Below, in pieces: positions 25,594-40,480 of a DNA stretch of 64,000 nucleotides. The stretch's first letter is position 1. Every line of letters starts with the position of its first letter. This stretch comes from Lobosporangium transversale. Taxonomy: Eukaryota. Location: assembly GCF_002105155.1 (NCBI RefSeq), contig NW_019029014.1:124001-188000 (forward strand), read 5' to 3'. The position numbers were made by a program, and so were the translations under genes. The notes beneath the pieces are model-generated. The model was given only the letters and a program-made list of their open reading frames with translations, searched no databases and had not been told where the DNA came from.

Positions 25594-28500
25594 TCATGTA
25601 GATGATGTGGTTGCCTTGGCTTTTTTCATCAGCTCGGAAGAGCCTTGAAATAGATAACGCAAATCCTCCAGTCGTCGCTTCATCACCTCTTGTTTCGATA
25701 GCTTCTCTGCAAATGTCATCTCTGAGAGCTCCGTCTTGCGTTTCTGTAGTTCTAAAATGTTCTCTTCAATGGATCCCTATACCACGTGTATTATTAATAT
25801 TAAATAGGGGAATAAATAAATATATAAAAAAAGGTAAGCAACTTGCTAATGCTCCGCTATGCTTGCATTGGTTTATTCACTTTACCTTGATAATAAATCG
25901 CACCACATCCACAGGCTTGGTCTGACCCAGTCGATGAATACGGTCGATAGCTTGACTTTCCACGGAAGGATTCCTAGTAGTGGCAGTACAAATCGTATCA
26001 AAACTCCACGTTAAAGAATGATTCAAACTGAAAGAGCCGTCTATATTATCCTGACCGATCATATTAAGTCAGCTTGCTTTCTTCCTTACCAATGAGGATC
26101 CATGAGGTATACACGTTGTGCTGATGTCAAATTCAGGCCAACCCCTCCTGCTTTAAGACTGATCAAAATTACGCTGACATCAGATCTTTCTTTGAAGCGC
26201 ATCATTGCTGTTGTACGATCACTCCGCTGCATTGTTCCATCCAGACGCGTAAACTTGATTTTATTCTCGCGAAGACCATCCTATAGCAACAATCAATAGA
26301 GTATAGATAAACAGCGAATGAGTCAAATCAGTTGGTAACTGATCATTGCCATAGTCATAAAAGCTCATGAAAGAATATCAAAGCCTAGTCTCTATACCTC
26401 AATCAAATCCAACATGCTTGTCCACTGAGAGAACACAACACTCTTGACCATAGGCTCACCCGTTCTTTTCGCAATTTCGCCTGCTTGCGTCAAGTCATCC
26501 ATTAAAGCCTTGACCTTAGTGCTGTGGATAAGCATGCCGTTCTCGTCTGTGCGCGTATGTGTTTGACGTCCTCCAATAGCTGTTGCAGCCACTTTGTCCT
26601 CGGTATCATCTTGGATCTGAATCAAGTCCACAGGCCGCAGTATAGTTGTGCACTGTGGACATGCGAATTCTGATTTGAGTTCTGAAGCCACGCTGACATT
26701 ACTATTTCCTTTCTGAATAAGCATAAAGGCAATTGGATTGAGACGCTTGATACACTCGGGGCAATATATATGTTCACAACGGGTGACAATCGGTGTTAAC
26801 GTCGATCCATTGAAGCATAGGTTACATTGGTCATTTCCAGAGTCTTGTAGCAATGTTAAAATAGCGGACGCTTTGGCTAGATTGAATTCCCCTGACATAT
26901 CGAGATCATCGCCCATATCCTTGACAAGTGCATAGTGTGCGCAGATCTGGCGAAGTTTCAAGATGGCCTGAAGGATATGGGCGTAATTTTTCATAATCTT
27001 ATTCTCCTGCACAATTTGGTCCACCGTTTGCTTAGCGTTGGACTCCATACGCTTGTACATTTGTTGTTCATTCAAGCTGAGCTCTAGTACACGCATATGA
27101 TCAGTTCTCGGCGGAAGCTGCAATAATGGCTTGCCATTCACCATTTGTGTCTTGGTACGACGAAGTGTAATGACTTTCATTAGAGTTTGTAGTCTCGTAA
27201 TGCCGATCGGATTCGCGGCTTTAATAGGTTTTGCGATATAGTGAGCCCAATGTATCTTCTCGTCAAAAGGCTGCATCCTGAGGAACTTGACAAGGGCATA
27301 CAGATCATCCAGCTATCGAGCACACCAATGCAGGAATGAGTTTTCCCAAAAAAAAAAAAAAAAAAAAAAAAAGTCTGAAGGGATTTCAAAGTAATATAAA
27401 TTCTTGGGAGGACTGTGCAGAAGCCCTACCTTATTTTGAATAGGAGTTCCACTCAAACACCAACGACGTTCGGCAGTGAGGGCACAGGCTGCTTTACTTT
27501 GGACCGTACTAACTTCCTTAATGATGTGAGCTTCATCTAAAACAACTCTGAACCAGTCAATATGTTGCAAGACGCTGGGAAATCTAGAAGGTCCAGCCTC
27601 AGTATCCCGCCCTTTGCATTCCTTCGAATACTCGGTGCCTAGTAGATTGTATGTTGTAATGACTACATCATGCTTTGCTAGATATCCAGGATCAGATACG
27701 CGCTGCCCTCCGTGATATACATATACTTGCAGCGAGCCATTACGGACGTGCGCCTCGAATTGTTCCTCCCAATTTTGGACCGTAGACAAGGGACAAATGA
27801 TAAGTGTAGCATGCGATTTCGTCCTGAAGTTTGTTAACCGCTTTTTTAATACTGGTTTTTTAGGAGCTGTTGGCAGAAGAGGCCGAATAGTGGGCGATGG
27901 AGGAGAATCATATTCTGTCACTTGATCTCCAGAGTTCAAAAAATCCGGTGCTGTAGTTGCTGATGGCGGTAAGGATGGTCCTTTGTTAATCCTCGATTGT
28001 GCATACATACTCCGATTAAGTGTCGATATGATGAGGGCTATAACCGTGATAGTTTTTCCTAATCCCATCTAAAGGATATATAGTAAGATTTTTGTTTACG
28101 GTAGGATCACAAATAGATGAGTGGCGGATGTTTAATAGCGTGAATACAACCTGCGTTAGAGCCCTTTACACCTTTACAACAAGCTATGCATTTTGCAATG
28201 ACTTACATCATCGGCCAAAATCCCTCCTCGCATACTAATCGGTTTCACGGTAGTCTCCTGACTTGTTACGACATTAAGGTATGTTGGATGACGATGGAGT
28301 TGTTGCCTGACACGCCAAAGAGATGTGAGCTTATTCTTCTCATTATCCGAGTAGTCTTCTTGTTTCTCACGTTCCAGAAGAAAGTAGAGGGCCTGTTTTT
28401 GATGACGATACATAGTCGTGGTCATTATCGAGGGTGACTCCACTTCTGGGAGATCAGTTGCGCTTCGAAGCCCTTTAAAGACGCCATCGATTTGATTTTT

Positions 28501-30082
28501 AATCTCTTCTGCAGTACGAACACCTGAACCATGGTACCCTGAATAGCCTGAATAACCTGAATAGCTGAATCCACTTGTAAATGTAGATGGCTTGGTGACC
28601 CCACGCCATTTATCGTATGGAGACAGAGTCTCTCCTGCGGCAGGTACCAGGGGATTGCAGTATCGTGTTCGATGATCAAAAGAAACTGGATCTTCTAAAC
28701 TGACTTTTCCATAGAGTATCTTTGCCACTGCCATTTGGAATTCAGATCGACCGTAAAGGATAATGTTGATTGGGGCACTAACATTCTATCCAAAATTAAT
28801 ACAGAAAGTTTTAGATAAGTATATCCGAAAAGATAAATGATCTGCCTTTTTTTTTTGAACTTAAAAAAGGATTGTTCGACATACATTTTGCTTCTTCTGT
28901 CTAGGGACATATGCCTCCCACCAGATCATATTGGCATCTACTAGAGGTACAAGTGTCTCTGCAAGCTCAGATACAATATAGCCATACTAGAGAGAGTACA
29001 GTTAAAATGATGAGTGTGTTAGTCGAAAGCGGAATAAGTTTCCTCTTATCTAAATAAATAAATAAAAAGCTTACAAGCCCTGCTTCATGCTCCACGGCTA
29101 AACTGGCTTTGTTATTTGTGATGGAGCGCTTGATAATGACCCTATCTGATTTTCCTTCAATGTATTCAAGATGACGAGGATATAGCGTAACCACAAGTGA
29201 TCGAATCATGCCAAAGCACATGTGCCTATTCTCCACGGCCGTAGTTCTGGACTCATCGATCATCACCTCATCATCTGAGATGACGGCTGGCTCCTCTTCA
29301 GTTAGATCGATCACCTTTTCAGCGACTTTTGGTGTAGATGAAGATGTTGAAATCATAAATGAGGTATTTGGGGCGATCGAACATGGTTGTTCAGGGATAT
29401 TATGGGACTGGAAAGGCTGAGATTGTGACAAATGTTGTCTCTGTTGCTGAAGATGATTATAAACAAGACTGGCTGTACTTGATCTGGGATCCATGACTGT
29501 AGATTGTTGCTGTTGCTGCTGTCGTTCCTGCGATAAGGCTTTAATCCCTGAGGTATTTGTGTTGAGGTTGAAATGAAGAAAGTCGCTTGGGGTCATGAGC
29601 GGCGGCTTTCTGTCCTGAGACGAAGATCCACCATGAGTTTCTTTTCTAGATGTAGAAATGTTGGAGTAGCCCGCTAGACCAGAATTTATAAGATTTGCAA
29701 CAGCTTCAAGTTTCGTTCGTTTAGTTTGATGGTCATCCTGATCAGTCTCCAGCAAATGAGCTTTTGGGTGTTTTTTTTTTCTTTCCAACACTGATTGTCC
29801 TTCTTTAACTGCTTCAAAGGGGCAAGTTGACATATTATGGTTTTTGCTGTCATTAGGATCCCGAGCATGATTAGTATCACTCACGTCGCCATTACTTTCC
29901 AAGTCACTGTCAGATTCTTCGTCATCGTCAAGCTGCGTGCTGCCAATCTTTTGGAAGAATCGTGAAGCAAATCCGAGGGCGTCTGTAAGCTGGGGTGAGT
30001 TCGCATTTCCGTTAGCCTCAGTCTTAGCTGAAGTGACGGATCCAAGAGCCCCATTGGTGCTGTTGCTTGTGTCCCTGGACAT
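25594..30082 (-). CDS. SNF2-family helicase with inserted RING finger (Rad5/HLTF-like)
   Basis: [46 protein letters not shown]-like CNLC...CEHIYCPEC...[36 protein letters not shown]. Confidence 0.92.
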
Positions 30083-31088
30083 TTTTGCTTTCTAGTCTTT
30101 CTTTATCTGGTTTTCTGAGCAGCGCCTCTGCCCAGGATGGAAAATAAAGCGACAAGTATAGAGAGTGAAAGATGGTGACAAGGAAGGAGATTGCGATTAA
30201 AGGAGAAAGTCTGAGTATCTTAATATCTCGGTCGTATTTGTCCTCTGTATCAAAAGTCAAGTGTGCATTTAACAGTTATTATTACTAATACATCAGAGAC
30301 ACAAGAAGAATGAGTAGTTGTCAAGAGCAGCGAACAGAAACAGCACCATCCACTATAATAAAGAGTATGTGCCAATGGATGATTTGTCATAAAAGACAAT
30401 AGGGAAACTTTGCCCTTTTCAGACAAAGCTGCGCGGTGGTGGCAGTGTCCAAAGCATCTTGCGTTTTACAGGCGTTTAATGGGTACATTGTTTTGCCACT
30501 AACATGTGGCTTTATATTTTAACTTATCAAAAGCCACACGAATAGCCCGCTTTCAATTGAGCATGGAATGGTGCTGTTTTACCTGTAATGATATGCAGTG
30601 TCATTGATATATTACTATTAATCAGAGACGCGACCATATTGTAGTTCGCTGTGACGAACACCTAATAAACTCCAGGTACTCTTCGTATGTAGAGAAGGAT
30701 GAGGATTGCCGACTCTCCAAGCTAACAACATTGCTTGTATCTGCCTTCAAGATTGTAACTAGGGATACATCGCGATAGCATCGGGCGAATAACAGCATTA
30801 AAAGATAAAAGACGCCTCCCATAGCTCTCCTGCCTGCAAGCACTAAGCCGCACGCTGCGCCCACAACAGTTTTTCGATAATGATCATTACAAGCTTTTGG
30901 TATTCGAATTTTCGGCCGTAGCCTACATTCCATGGCAAAAAAATAAAAAATAAAAAAATAAAATAAAAAAATCTACTTGACTGTATACTTTTTCTGTCTG
31001 CCTTTCTGTCTACTTATTGTGCTGCAGCAAGACCTGCTTCGCCGTTAGAAGTAGTACACAAAGCAATTATCAACGCCATATGGTAGTC

Positions 31089-31729
31089 CTACTTTTCGTC
31101 CTCGCCTTTTGATCCATCCTTACTCTGACCCATCGCTCCAACTGCACCAGAGCTCATCACTTCGTCTTCATCCTCACGCACTTCGCCTTCCTCCATCTCC
31201 GTGTCTTCGTCCTCGTTTATGCCACTAGATCCTGTCTCAGAAGCCTGTGCTGTTCCAGATGAGCCTGCTCGAACACCTGCGCCTGCTGATAATGTGGTTT
31301 CTGCAGCGTCTGTTACTAAATCTCCTGAATTCGATGTTGAAGCTGCAATCGACGGTGTAGTCGTCTCACCTGCCTCTGCTATCGTTCCCCCTACAGAGCT
31401 TTCATGCCCATTGCTAGATTTCCTCATTAAAACAGATGCATTTTCCAAGGATTCTGATGACGACGTTGCATCTACTCCTTGACATTCGTCATTGGTTGCA
31501 GATGGATCCGCAACCTGCGCTGCCTCGGATAACGCATTAAGTGCGCTAGTCGACTGTAGTTCGCTTTCATGATGTCCTGGTGAAGTTGCTCGTGCCTGGC
31601 TGCCCGATACAATAGGCGTCGGCTGAGACGGGCTGTTCGGGCGCATGGGTGTTTCTCCACCCTGACTCTCACTAAGAATCTCTCGATCCATGTGCTCTTG
31701 TACTGGCGGTTGTTGGTGCTGATGCCCCT

Positions 31730-31774
<45 letters not shown>

Positions 31775-34700
31775 TCGACAACGAAGTAGGGCGAGATGGC
31801 TGGTACTGTTCCCGTACATCCAACGATGATTGCTCTTCAAGGGACGATGGTGGACGTTGTGAATGTGGCGGATGTTGCGAATGCTGTGGGTGTTGCGAAT
31901 GTTGTAAATGTTGTGGGTGCTGTTGCTCACGACCATGCTTGAGCTCGTCTTCACCCTCAAGCATTGGTTCACGACGACCTTCAGAGGACACCGGCTCTAC
32001 CTCTTGCATATCATAATCTTCGTCTTGTGTGCGATGAGCACCATGACGATTTGGGCCTCCTTTACCACTGAGTGACACTAATGACGCGGCAATATCTTCC
32101 TGATCTTGATCCTCCACACGGTAACCGCCACCACTATTCTCCTGCGAATGCCAGTTTGACTGATTTCTGCCATCTTCTGGATAACTGCTAGTAGGTTCAT
32201 ATTCTCTGGGTCGAACTTGATGTTGATCCTCATAACCTCCGCCTTGCAACCTAGAATCTTTCATACCCGGATGCTCGGCGCCAGAACGGGGATAGGACGG
32301 GCTATGATGTTCACTTGCACGCTGATCTCTTCTATCTACGTCTGGACTATGAGGTTGAGGTTGGGGTTGCGACATATCATTCCGCCCTGGAAATGTTTCA
32401 GGACCAGCAGCATTTCGAGGAGCGCCTTGCCCACGGTCAGTCCCAGGTTGCAGACGGGACAAGTCTCGACCTTGATCGTCTGATGGGTGGCGTCCATGCG
32501 GACCAGGAGCCCAGCGCTCATCAGGACTGTGATGAGATGGCGGCATCTGTTGACTATAACCGGATCCTGTCATGGGTCCGCGGCGATCTTCTCGAGGGGG
32601 TGATGGGGCATGAGCATGAGGATCAGATGGATGATGACGTTGAGGATGTGGGACTCCATGACCTTCGTCCATGGGTCCAGGTCTTGAAAGGTCTCCCGAA
32701 CGCTGACGATGATGGTGGTACGGCTGAGGCTGCTCAGGTTTTCCCCTAGCACTTGGGTCTTGTCGTTCATACCCTTGTGGAGGAGGGGGGCCATTATGCA
32801 TCATGTTGTGGGTAGGTGGAGGTCCATGACTATAAGGGTATTGAGGCGCATAGTGAGGGTCATGGCCATGCCCGTTACCAGGATGGCTCATACCTGGAGA
32901 GCCGGATCGTGCATATCCTCCCGGACCTTCAGGTACAGGACTCTGAGGTAGTCCACGTGAAGGGCGAGTGTGTCCTGGACCAGAAGTGGGAGGTTGCTGA
33001 GGTAGTTCCTGCACGCGATCGCCGGATATCATTTGGGGCATAGCACCAACAGGTGTAGGCGGTCTTGGACCGCCATTGTTAATCCCTGGGATATGGGGTT
33101 GTCTGTCTTCACCCATATATCCTGGTGATCCCAAAGTTTGTCCGTTGCCATTACCTGGAAGAGGCAAGTCTCGTCCTGGATGTGAATGTTCCCCGTTCAT
33201 GGCGGCGCTCTACAACGATTAAACAAAAAAAGACACGTATTCAAATTCATAAGGTTAACAGAGCACTCATCATCCATTCAATAGGGCTAAGATATTGATC
33301 ACAGCCCTGGCTTCATACTAGAGGGGCTGGAGGTCCTTGATGGCGTCCTGTGTAACCTTGCATGCCGGTAGGCGGACCCTGAGGAGCCACCGTGGATCTC
33401 TGAATATGGTTTCATATTATCAGATCCATGCAAAACGAAAAAAAGGTGAAAGTCAGCTGCATAGCGCTTTATCTTTGTTTTGCTACGCCTGACAATACAG
33501 GTTATATAAAACGATCTGATAAGAATAGCAAAAGATTTGTGTAGTACATCGAGTAGCAAATGGAGGACAAGTCAAAAGGAAAGAAAACTAAATTAAAAAG
33601 TTACCTGACTAAACGAGTGCTGACCTCCAGGACCTCCCGAGGGAGGATAGGCGTTCGGATTCATCTCCTCGGGAAGAGGGGGAGGAGGTACGCCGCCTGG
33701 TGCACCATTGTTTTGACGCAAATATGCTAGACGCTGCTTAATGCGCTGGTTGTCTGGATCGAGATCAGAAGCGCGTTGATAAGCGTCGATCGCATCACTG
33801 ACTTGATTATTGCATGACTCATATAGGGTACCAAGATCGTACCAGACCTCACTGATGTTGGGATTGATGCGAATAGCCTTGCTATAGGCATCAAGTGCAT
33901 CTCTGTATTGGTTGATTTGGAAGTAAAGCAATCCAATGGAGCACCAAAATGTCGGATTTCGACTATCACGGTAAACAGCCTGCTGATAGGCCTCGTATGC
34001 CTTATTGTACTTTTGTTGAGCCATGTAACATCGGCCCATTAAATACCATGACTGAGCATCCGTGTTGTCACTCTCAATCGAGCGAGTTAAGAACCTGATA
34101 GCATGGTCCTGATTCATGAATGCCGCATTCGGTTGATGGTAAAGCCAGCCAAGCTGTTGCAGAACTTTAGCATGATTTGGATTCTCGGCTAAAACACGCT
34201 CATATGCCTCTTTGGCACTCGTATACTACAGTTATATTTGATGCAACACAATTTCATTTAATTCTGAAAACTGCAACAATCCGATATCCATCAAATCATT
34301 CCATGATTCTAGCCTGCCTACCTCCTTTTGTTGCTCGTGTACATGACCAATTTGGAACCAGATATCGGCCTCAGTCAAGGGACGCGGAGGCGTGCGTAAA
34401 ATATAGCGGAAGCACTAATCCACGACACAAAATTTTAAGACGAATTGGTATTGTTGATAAGCTTCTCACTAAAACGCTCACATAAATGAGCCTATAATGT
34501 ATTTGATCCATTACCTCTAAGCTTTGAGAATATTTCTGCTGACCCTTGTAGATGATGCCTAACCGGAAGTAGATCTCATTTGCCTTCTCATACTTGGGAT
34601 CCATTCGCATCACCGCTGAAAAAGCTTCCTCGGCATGCTCCACTGATCCGTAACGGTCATAGAGAATACCAATACCATACCAAAGCTTAGAAACCTATTG

Positions 34701-35421
34701 AATTAGCGCGAAAAGAGGTACAAGCGGTAGTGGCTCAGTTATCCATAAATTCTTATCGTCATATCTCACATCAATCCTGGGATCATTATCGTTGTTATTA
34801 TTGCTATTATTTTGCCAGTATTTCGTTTAGCGTCTTGAGATTGAGATAAGACGCACCTTTGGATTTGGCAGATGATGTAGAGCATTTTGATACGCGTTGT
34901 AAGCTTTCTGAAGCTCATCCATCATCAAGTAACAGTGTCCAAGTGAGCCCCAGACCTCGCCGCTTGCGTTATCAATTTCGAGGATTCTTTGAAAGTATTC
35001 AGCAGCCTAAATGAAAGGATAAAGTATAGGAAATTTGTATTTGAATATTAAAATGGGATGAGTCTAGGTGCATTCTAGATTTGCACACATCATAGTTGCT
35101 ACATCATGTTGTTACCTTCGGAAAATTCTCGCGCGAGCGGAACAGCTCAGCAATCAGATTAAGTGCATTGACCGATTGATAGTTATGTCGAAGGGCTGAT
35201 TCATATGCAGCCATCGCGCGATCGTACTCGCCCATCGACTCTGCAAGCGACCCGAGTTGAAGCCAGACTTGTTCATCAATAGCATCAAGACGTTGTGCAG
35301 GCGAGTTGACGATGGGTGTAGAGCCTGGAGCAGTAGGCACAAGGCCAGGGCCAGGACCGGGGCCAGGACCAGAACCCACATTGGATCCGGGTACCTGCCC
35401 TGGGGCGTTATTAACAGCCAT
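31089..35421 (-). CDS. SSN6: General transcriptional corepressor Ssn6/Cyc8 (TPR repeats + long P/Q/H-rich tail)
   Basis: TPRs EQVWLQLGSLAE...AYESALRHN, KANEIYFRLGIIYK, DAQSWYLMGRCYMAQQKYNKAYEAYQQAVYRDSRNPTFWCSIG and EVWYDLGTLYESCNNQ match Ssn6/Cyc8. Confidence 0.92.
31732..31773 (-). repeat. (CAGCAA)n poly-Gln coding repeat in Ssn6
   Basis: tgttgctgttgc... tandem repeat encoding a Q tract. Confidence 0.85.
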
Positions 35422-36703
35422 GTGAGAATAGGAGTATGGGTTGAGAAAAGTGAATTAGGGATGGCGAAGTGAGATGTAGCTCAATACGCCCTAAAACAGG
35501 ATCAAAGCAAGAGTCAGCTGCTTAGACAGACCAGTAATTGGGGTTAATATCGTAGAGATGGGAGATGATGGCGTGGATGTGTTTTTGGGAAGGAAAAGGC
35601 GATGATGACGAAAAGTCTTCATGAGGGCATTTGAGCCACACTCTTGATTGTCTGTTTGTCCTGTCCCTTGCACTTGCATGTCTGTGTTTGTTTGTGACCA
35701 TCAAATTTGAGTCCTTTTTATTTTTTACACTAAATGGATCCGTTGATCAAACATTAATCCTGTAGATCCCCATGAGTGATGTGCGCAATTTACGAAGTCT
35801 TCTGGCACATTAAGTCGTCACAGATTCAACCTATCTCCGCCACCGCAACGTGCGTTTGAGATTCCTTACAACGCAATTTACGCGATCTTATAAAAGCACT
35901 TTGTGCGAGATTCTTGACCCACCCAAGTGGCAACGGAATCCACGACCCTCAAAGCCGTAAAAGATCAGCCAGACCATCGTTAATAATATTATTTTCGAAC
36001 GGTCAGAGAATTGGGTGTCATGTCCGCGAGGACCATTGCCTTTGTGCAGGTCCGATGCAGTTCAGGACAATATTCTCTGGCACATGCCTTAAACAAATTT
36101 TGCTGAATTCACAAATGCATTAAAATCATGTATCTGTTTTTTTTTTCTTTTCAAATCCAAGCAGCAGTTACGGATATCTAATCTGTGTGTTTGCATTTAT
36201 TCAATGGCAATCTACGAGAATATATATATATAAATCAATGTGTACACAAAGCATATAAAATAAGTGGAGCGTGGCTTTCAAACTCAGATTGCCATCGCTT
36301 CCAGCCCTTCTTTGTAACCTGTAAACAAATCAGGAAAGAAAACAGTCGTGCACCCATCAAACTGATTTGCTCGTTTGCTTCATTATGCTTCTCTTTTCCT
36401 TTTCGTTCAAGCTGTTTCCTCACCTCTAACAGCTCACATCGTCCCAAACTCTGCTTCACGCTCAAGCGCAAATTTATTAATTGTAGCAGCCCTTCCTTAC
36501 AAGACTCATTCGATTTGTTATTCTGCGTGGATACCAATTGCACGCTGTTGCATTTCTCGTTTGCATATTCCCACGCTACGTTCAAAGCACGAATGTATCT
36601 CGACATCATTATCATAGCCACTATTTCCTTTTGTAATATTACGACACGCATACCTCCTACTCCCTCCACACTGCACTGACACCGTTGCGTCTGTTGATAG
36701 AAG

Positions 36704-37666
36704 ATGCTCTTAGCTATATTGATTATTGTGGCGTCTGTCACCCTCTTCTTGTTACTCTTCATCTATCTCTTTCGAGTTTACAAGAGCCTCAAGGTACGGC
36801 ATCAGAAACCAATCATATCTCCTGATGCTATCCCACCAGAGTTAGAACAGCATCATGAATTAGCCTTCGTCCTTGCTCATGGCGTTGAGGCCTACAACGA
36901 ACAAAGACGAGAGAGACAACAACAACAGAGACAACAGAGACAACAAACTAGACCTCAGTCGGGAACAACAGGGGAGCATGATGATGACACTGCAAGCGCT
37001 CAGAGTAGCCAGCCCTCCATCACTCCACTTCCACCATACTCACCTACTCCTACCAATGGTGATATTGGTTATGGCTGGATAGCCACCAATCCTGGTCTCT
37101 TTGACACGCCAGTCCTGATAAGCGATCCATCGGCAATATCTGGGCCCATGCATCCCTTGGAAAACTCTCTTCCACCCATGTATATTTATCCGGCACCTAA
37201 CACTCGGTCGTCTGCTCAGACTGCACTTCTGACCACAGATAACTCACCTTCCGTGACTGTAACAGCGCCATCTGCCTCCAGAAGCAACCCATATTGCCCC
37301 CAATCCAATCGACGAGAAACCCGGAGGCGGAGCGTCGCCAGTGGGATTCTTACTCGAAGAGGTAGAAGCCAGAGCAACCAAAGGTCCATGTCATTAACCT
37401 CGGTTGTGTCTGCACCCCTATCCGCAGCCAGCTTAACAATAGAAACACCTGACACAATGACAGCCACAGCTCTTTCGTTAGTGCCAACATCATCATCACC
37501 AATTCCCTCTCCCTCAGTTCAACATTCACCTAGAAACTCGGAAAATATTGCTTTATCTTTGTCTTACCGTGCACAGGCTGCACTAATAGCAGAAACATCA
37601 CTATCTAGTGCAGTGAATGACCCTTCAACTACGCTTTCCTTAGAGACACCATCCATAGATACTTAA
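36704..37666 (+). CDS. Uncharacterised protein with N-terminal transmembrane helix and disordered S/P/T tail
   Basis: Hydrophobic N-terminus MLLAILIIVASVTLFLLLFIYLF followed by basic residues; LPPY motif; 320-aa ORF. Confidence 0.65.
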   Translation: MLLAILIIVASVTLFLLLFIYLFRVYKSLKVRHQKPIISPDAIPPELEQHHELAFVLAHGVEAYNEQRRERQQQQRQQRQQTRPQSGTTGEHDDDTASAQSSQPSITPLPPYSPTPTNGDIGYGWIATNPGLFDTPVLISDPSAISGPMHPLENSLPPMYIYPAPNTRSSAQTALLTTDNSPSVTVTAPSASRSNPYCPQSNRRETRRRSVASGILTRRGRSQSNQRSMSLTSVVSAPLSAASLTIETPDTMTATALSLVPTSSSPIPSPSVQHSPRNSENIALSLSYRAQAALIAETSLSSAVNDPSTTLSLETPSIDT

Positions 37667-37822
37667 AGTTGTATATAAAGTGAGCAAAGTGACCAGCTAT
37701 TCTATCAATAAAGCACAGTTCGCTCAAGGGATCTGCGGATGAATGATTTTGACGAGAAATGATCAAAAATGTACTGTGTGATATATTATTATTATTACTA
37801 TTATTATTATTAAATATGGGTA

Positions 37823-39294
37823 TTAACGTAGGAGCTCAAAAAGCTTAAGCGCACAAGAGCCGGCTTCCGCTACTGTTTCATCCCTTTCGTTCCCGTCCTC
37901 GCTGTGCCGTGATTCCAGCAACTTAACAGCCTCAGCCATAGCCATCCCTGCAAGAACAGCCTTCATCTCTCCATGCGATACTTTTTTGCCTTTACGGGAC
38001 TTGTGCGCATGGTACTCTTTAACTGCCTCATATGCGGCTAGTTTAGTGAATATAACAAGAATGATGGTATGAATGATCAGTAATCTGTCGTTGTCTAGTG
38101 AGCATAATTGAAATGTTAAAAACAAGACAGAAAAAAGATTTTACTTTACCAGCAGCTGCAATAGCCTGCCGCCTCTTGGCTGCTGCCTTGCGATCATTTG
38201 GGTATCCACTTTTGCTGTGCATTATCAGAGCATCAGTGTCTAGCGACTTATGTTTCCACCATGTTTTCTGGTCATTTACATGAGCCGAAACTACACCGTC
38301 CTGCTTACATAGGCTTTGTATCTTTTCCTTCTTGTTCTTGGGTACATCAATAATTTCCCATTCACTATCCAGGTCCTCCTCAATTTGCTTCTCTGCTTTG
38401 GACCGCTTTGGGCACCAATCCCACCATAAACCGAAAAGTGTTCGACCCTCTGAATCACTGCTAATTTCACGGTGGTCTTCCTTAGTGTTATAGATAATCT
38501 GATGGGCTGCCTTCATCCCCTTTAGATCTACCTTTGGTACAAATTGTGTTTGATTTTGTTCTCTTTCTTGCTCTTGCCGTTGCCCTACATGGTATGGGAG
38601 GAAGTGAAGATGAAGAGCATGAAGATACTGCCTTAGTTGATGGCGATGGTGATGCTCACTGTGGTTTGGGTCATGGGAGGGCTGTGATCCATTGCTGTCT
38701 TCGTCCTCATTTTCATTGTCGCTTTGGGCTACAGAGATGGTGGATGCAGTAAAATCCATGATTCCACCTTTGAGCTGAGCATGTTTGCTAATGTTGCTGC
38801 CATCCTCCTCAAACTTTTCTTTACATCTGACAGCCATTCTCTTAAAATAGTTTTTTTTGTTTTGCAGTTCACTATCTTCTTCCTGGACGCCCAACCGCCT
38901 TAAAGCAGCTTCTGCAGGGACGTCGATCGAGACAATGTTTTGGTTAGCCTCTTCATTGGTGGTATGATTATGGGTCGCTGTAATACGCTGAATAATCTTG
39001 TCCCATATGGAATGGTCCACGTCTGTCTCTGTTTCTATTTCTGCTTGTAAAATCGCCAAATTGGCGGTTTTGACAACCCATCTTTCGTCTTTCGGAGGAA
39101 CTGGTTGTAGGATAGAATAATGACAGTACAATATTAGTACCGTGGAAACCAATAGAAAGGGCTGAGAGTTGACTAAAAGTGATTTGACCACTATCTAACA
39201 TTGAACTTCCGCTCTGCGCGATTAGGAATTAATGAATATACCTGGTGGTGGAGTTGTCCCACGTAAATGAATGGCTTCTTCGAATGAATGCCAT
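37823..39294 (-). CDS. Protein with C-terminal CipC-like (DUF3759-like) domain
   Basis: C-terminal AIAAA|AAYEAVKEY...VSHGEMKAVLAGMAMAEAVKLLE resembles CipC-like proteins. Short 5' exon from ATG 39294 with a GTATAT donor. Confidence 0.6.
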
Positions 39295-40361
39295 GCTTGG
39301 CAGAATATATTTTCCTGATAATGAGGGGCACGGGTATCATTTGGTTGAGGAGTAAGGACTGTTGAAAGCATGGTGATGTGGTACTTTGGTAATTGTAACT
39401 TTTTTTTTTTTTTTTTTTTCCAAGAGAATGAAAGCTATTAAATAAGGAAATGTCCTGCTGCGGCCATTACGGTGGCAGTGCATACCAAATCCAAAAATAA
39501 AAAATGACGTTGTATTCCGGTTCAAAAAGGAATAGTCGGCTTTTTTCTAGAAATACTCATGACCGCTGACATATTATACCTTTCTACGCCAGATTTAAAC
39601 ATAAAAACCACATTGTTGAAAATAATTACTCGACGAAGGCATTGTGAAGAGATGGCGGGAGGCCTTTTCCTTCAATTTGCTCCAAATCACTATTCTGCCC
39701 TTCATATCTTTCTCCTATACATTTGCCGCTCCGGGCACTGTCAGGAATCATCTTATGCTTAGAGCAATCTCGTTTATTTCCCGCAACGCCTTGAACCCCT
39801 TTTAAAAAAATGATTCAGCTCAATAGAACAATTATCTCGTACCTTGATGTGTTGTGCAAAACAAAGATTCATGCCTAATAGTGACAGTAAGCTGCTCCAA
39901 ATTAAGAGTGATCCAGTTTGCTTGCCGTATACTCTTCTGTAAAACGTCTTTTCTATCAATTCATTGGGGCTTGGTTTTTCAATAACTTGGTCGGTTGTGT
40001 CTTCAGCTACGTCCCGCACCAAAAGTCTTCCTTCTCACTCTTCGTAGTCTGTCTCATACTTCGCAATTTGAAGGCAGAATGCAGAGTGCTGCTTGTGATA
40101 TAGCTTTACCAGCCTTTGCTAGGTTATTCTTGGGCAAGGTAACGCTAGCTCTGACGATATAAGCTTTACTAAAGTCAGTGCCTAACGTTTTAATATTATC
40201 TGTTTTAGAACCCTAAATGTCTTTAGCACCTTGACTGGTCTTTATATCATGTTTCGCGCCATCAATTGTGGATGCAGTTTGCATTTTAGAGTGATATCTC
40301 ATACGAGCCGACGGAAAATAATTGACCTCCAAGTTTGCAGGAGACAAGGTGGAACTGAAAC

Positions 40362-40480
40362 CAGAGGGTCAAGCTTGTCACTCTTTTTGGTTAGCCCTTT
40401 TCAATTATAAGAATTTTGTTAAGTAAACCATTTATATTTGAAAGAGTCTAGCCAAAAAGAGCGACAAGCTTGACCCTCTG
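40362..40480. mobile_element. 119-bp MITE, hAT-like
   Basis: Arms cagagggtcaagcttgtcactctttttggttagcccttttcaa and ttgaaagagtctagccaaaaagagcgacaagcttgaccctctg are near-perfect reverse complements. Flanked by 8-bp direct repeats actgaaac (40354-61) and actggaac (40481-88). Confidence 0.8.

Noticed and set aside
36185..36762. Overlapping ORFs of 164 and 175 aa upstream of the TM gene
   Set aside because: Composition looks non-coding (UTR/promoter) and no motifs were recognised.
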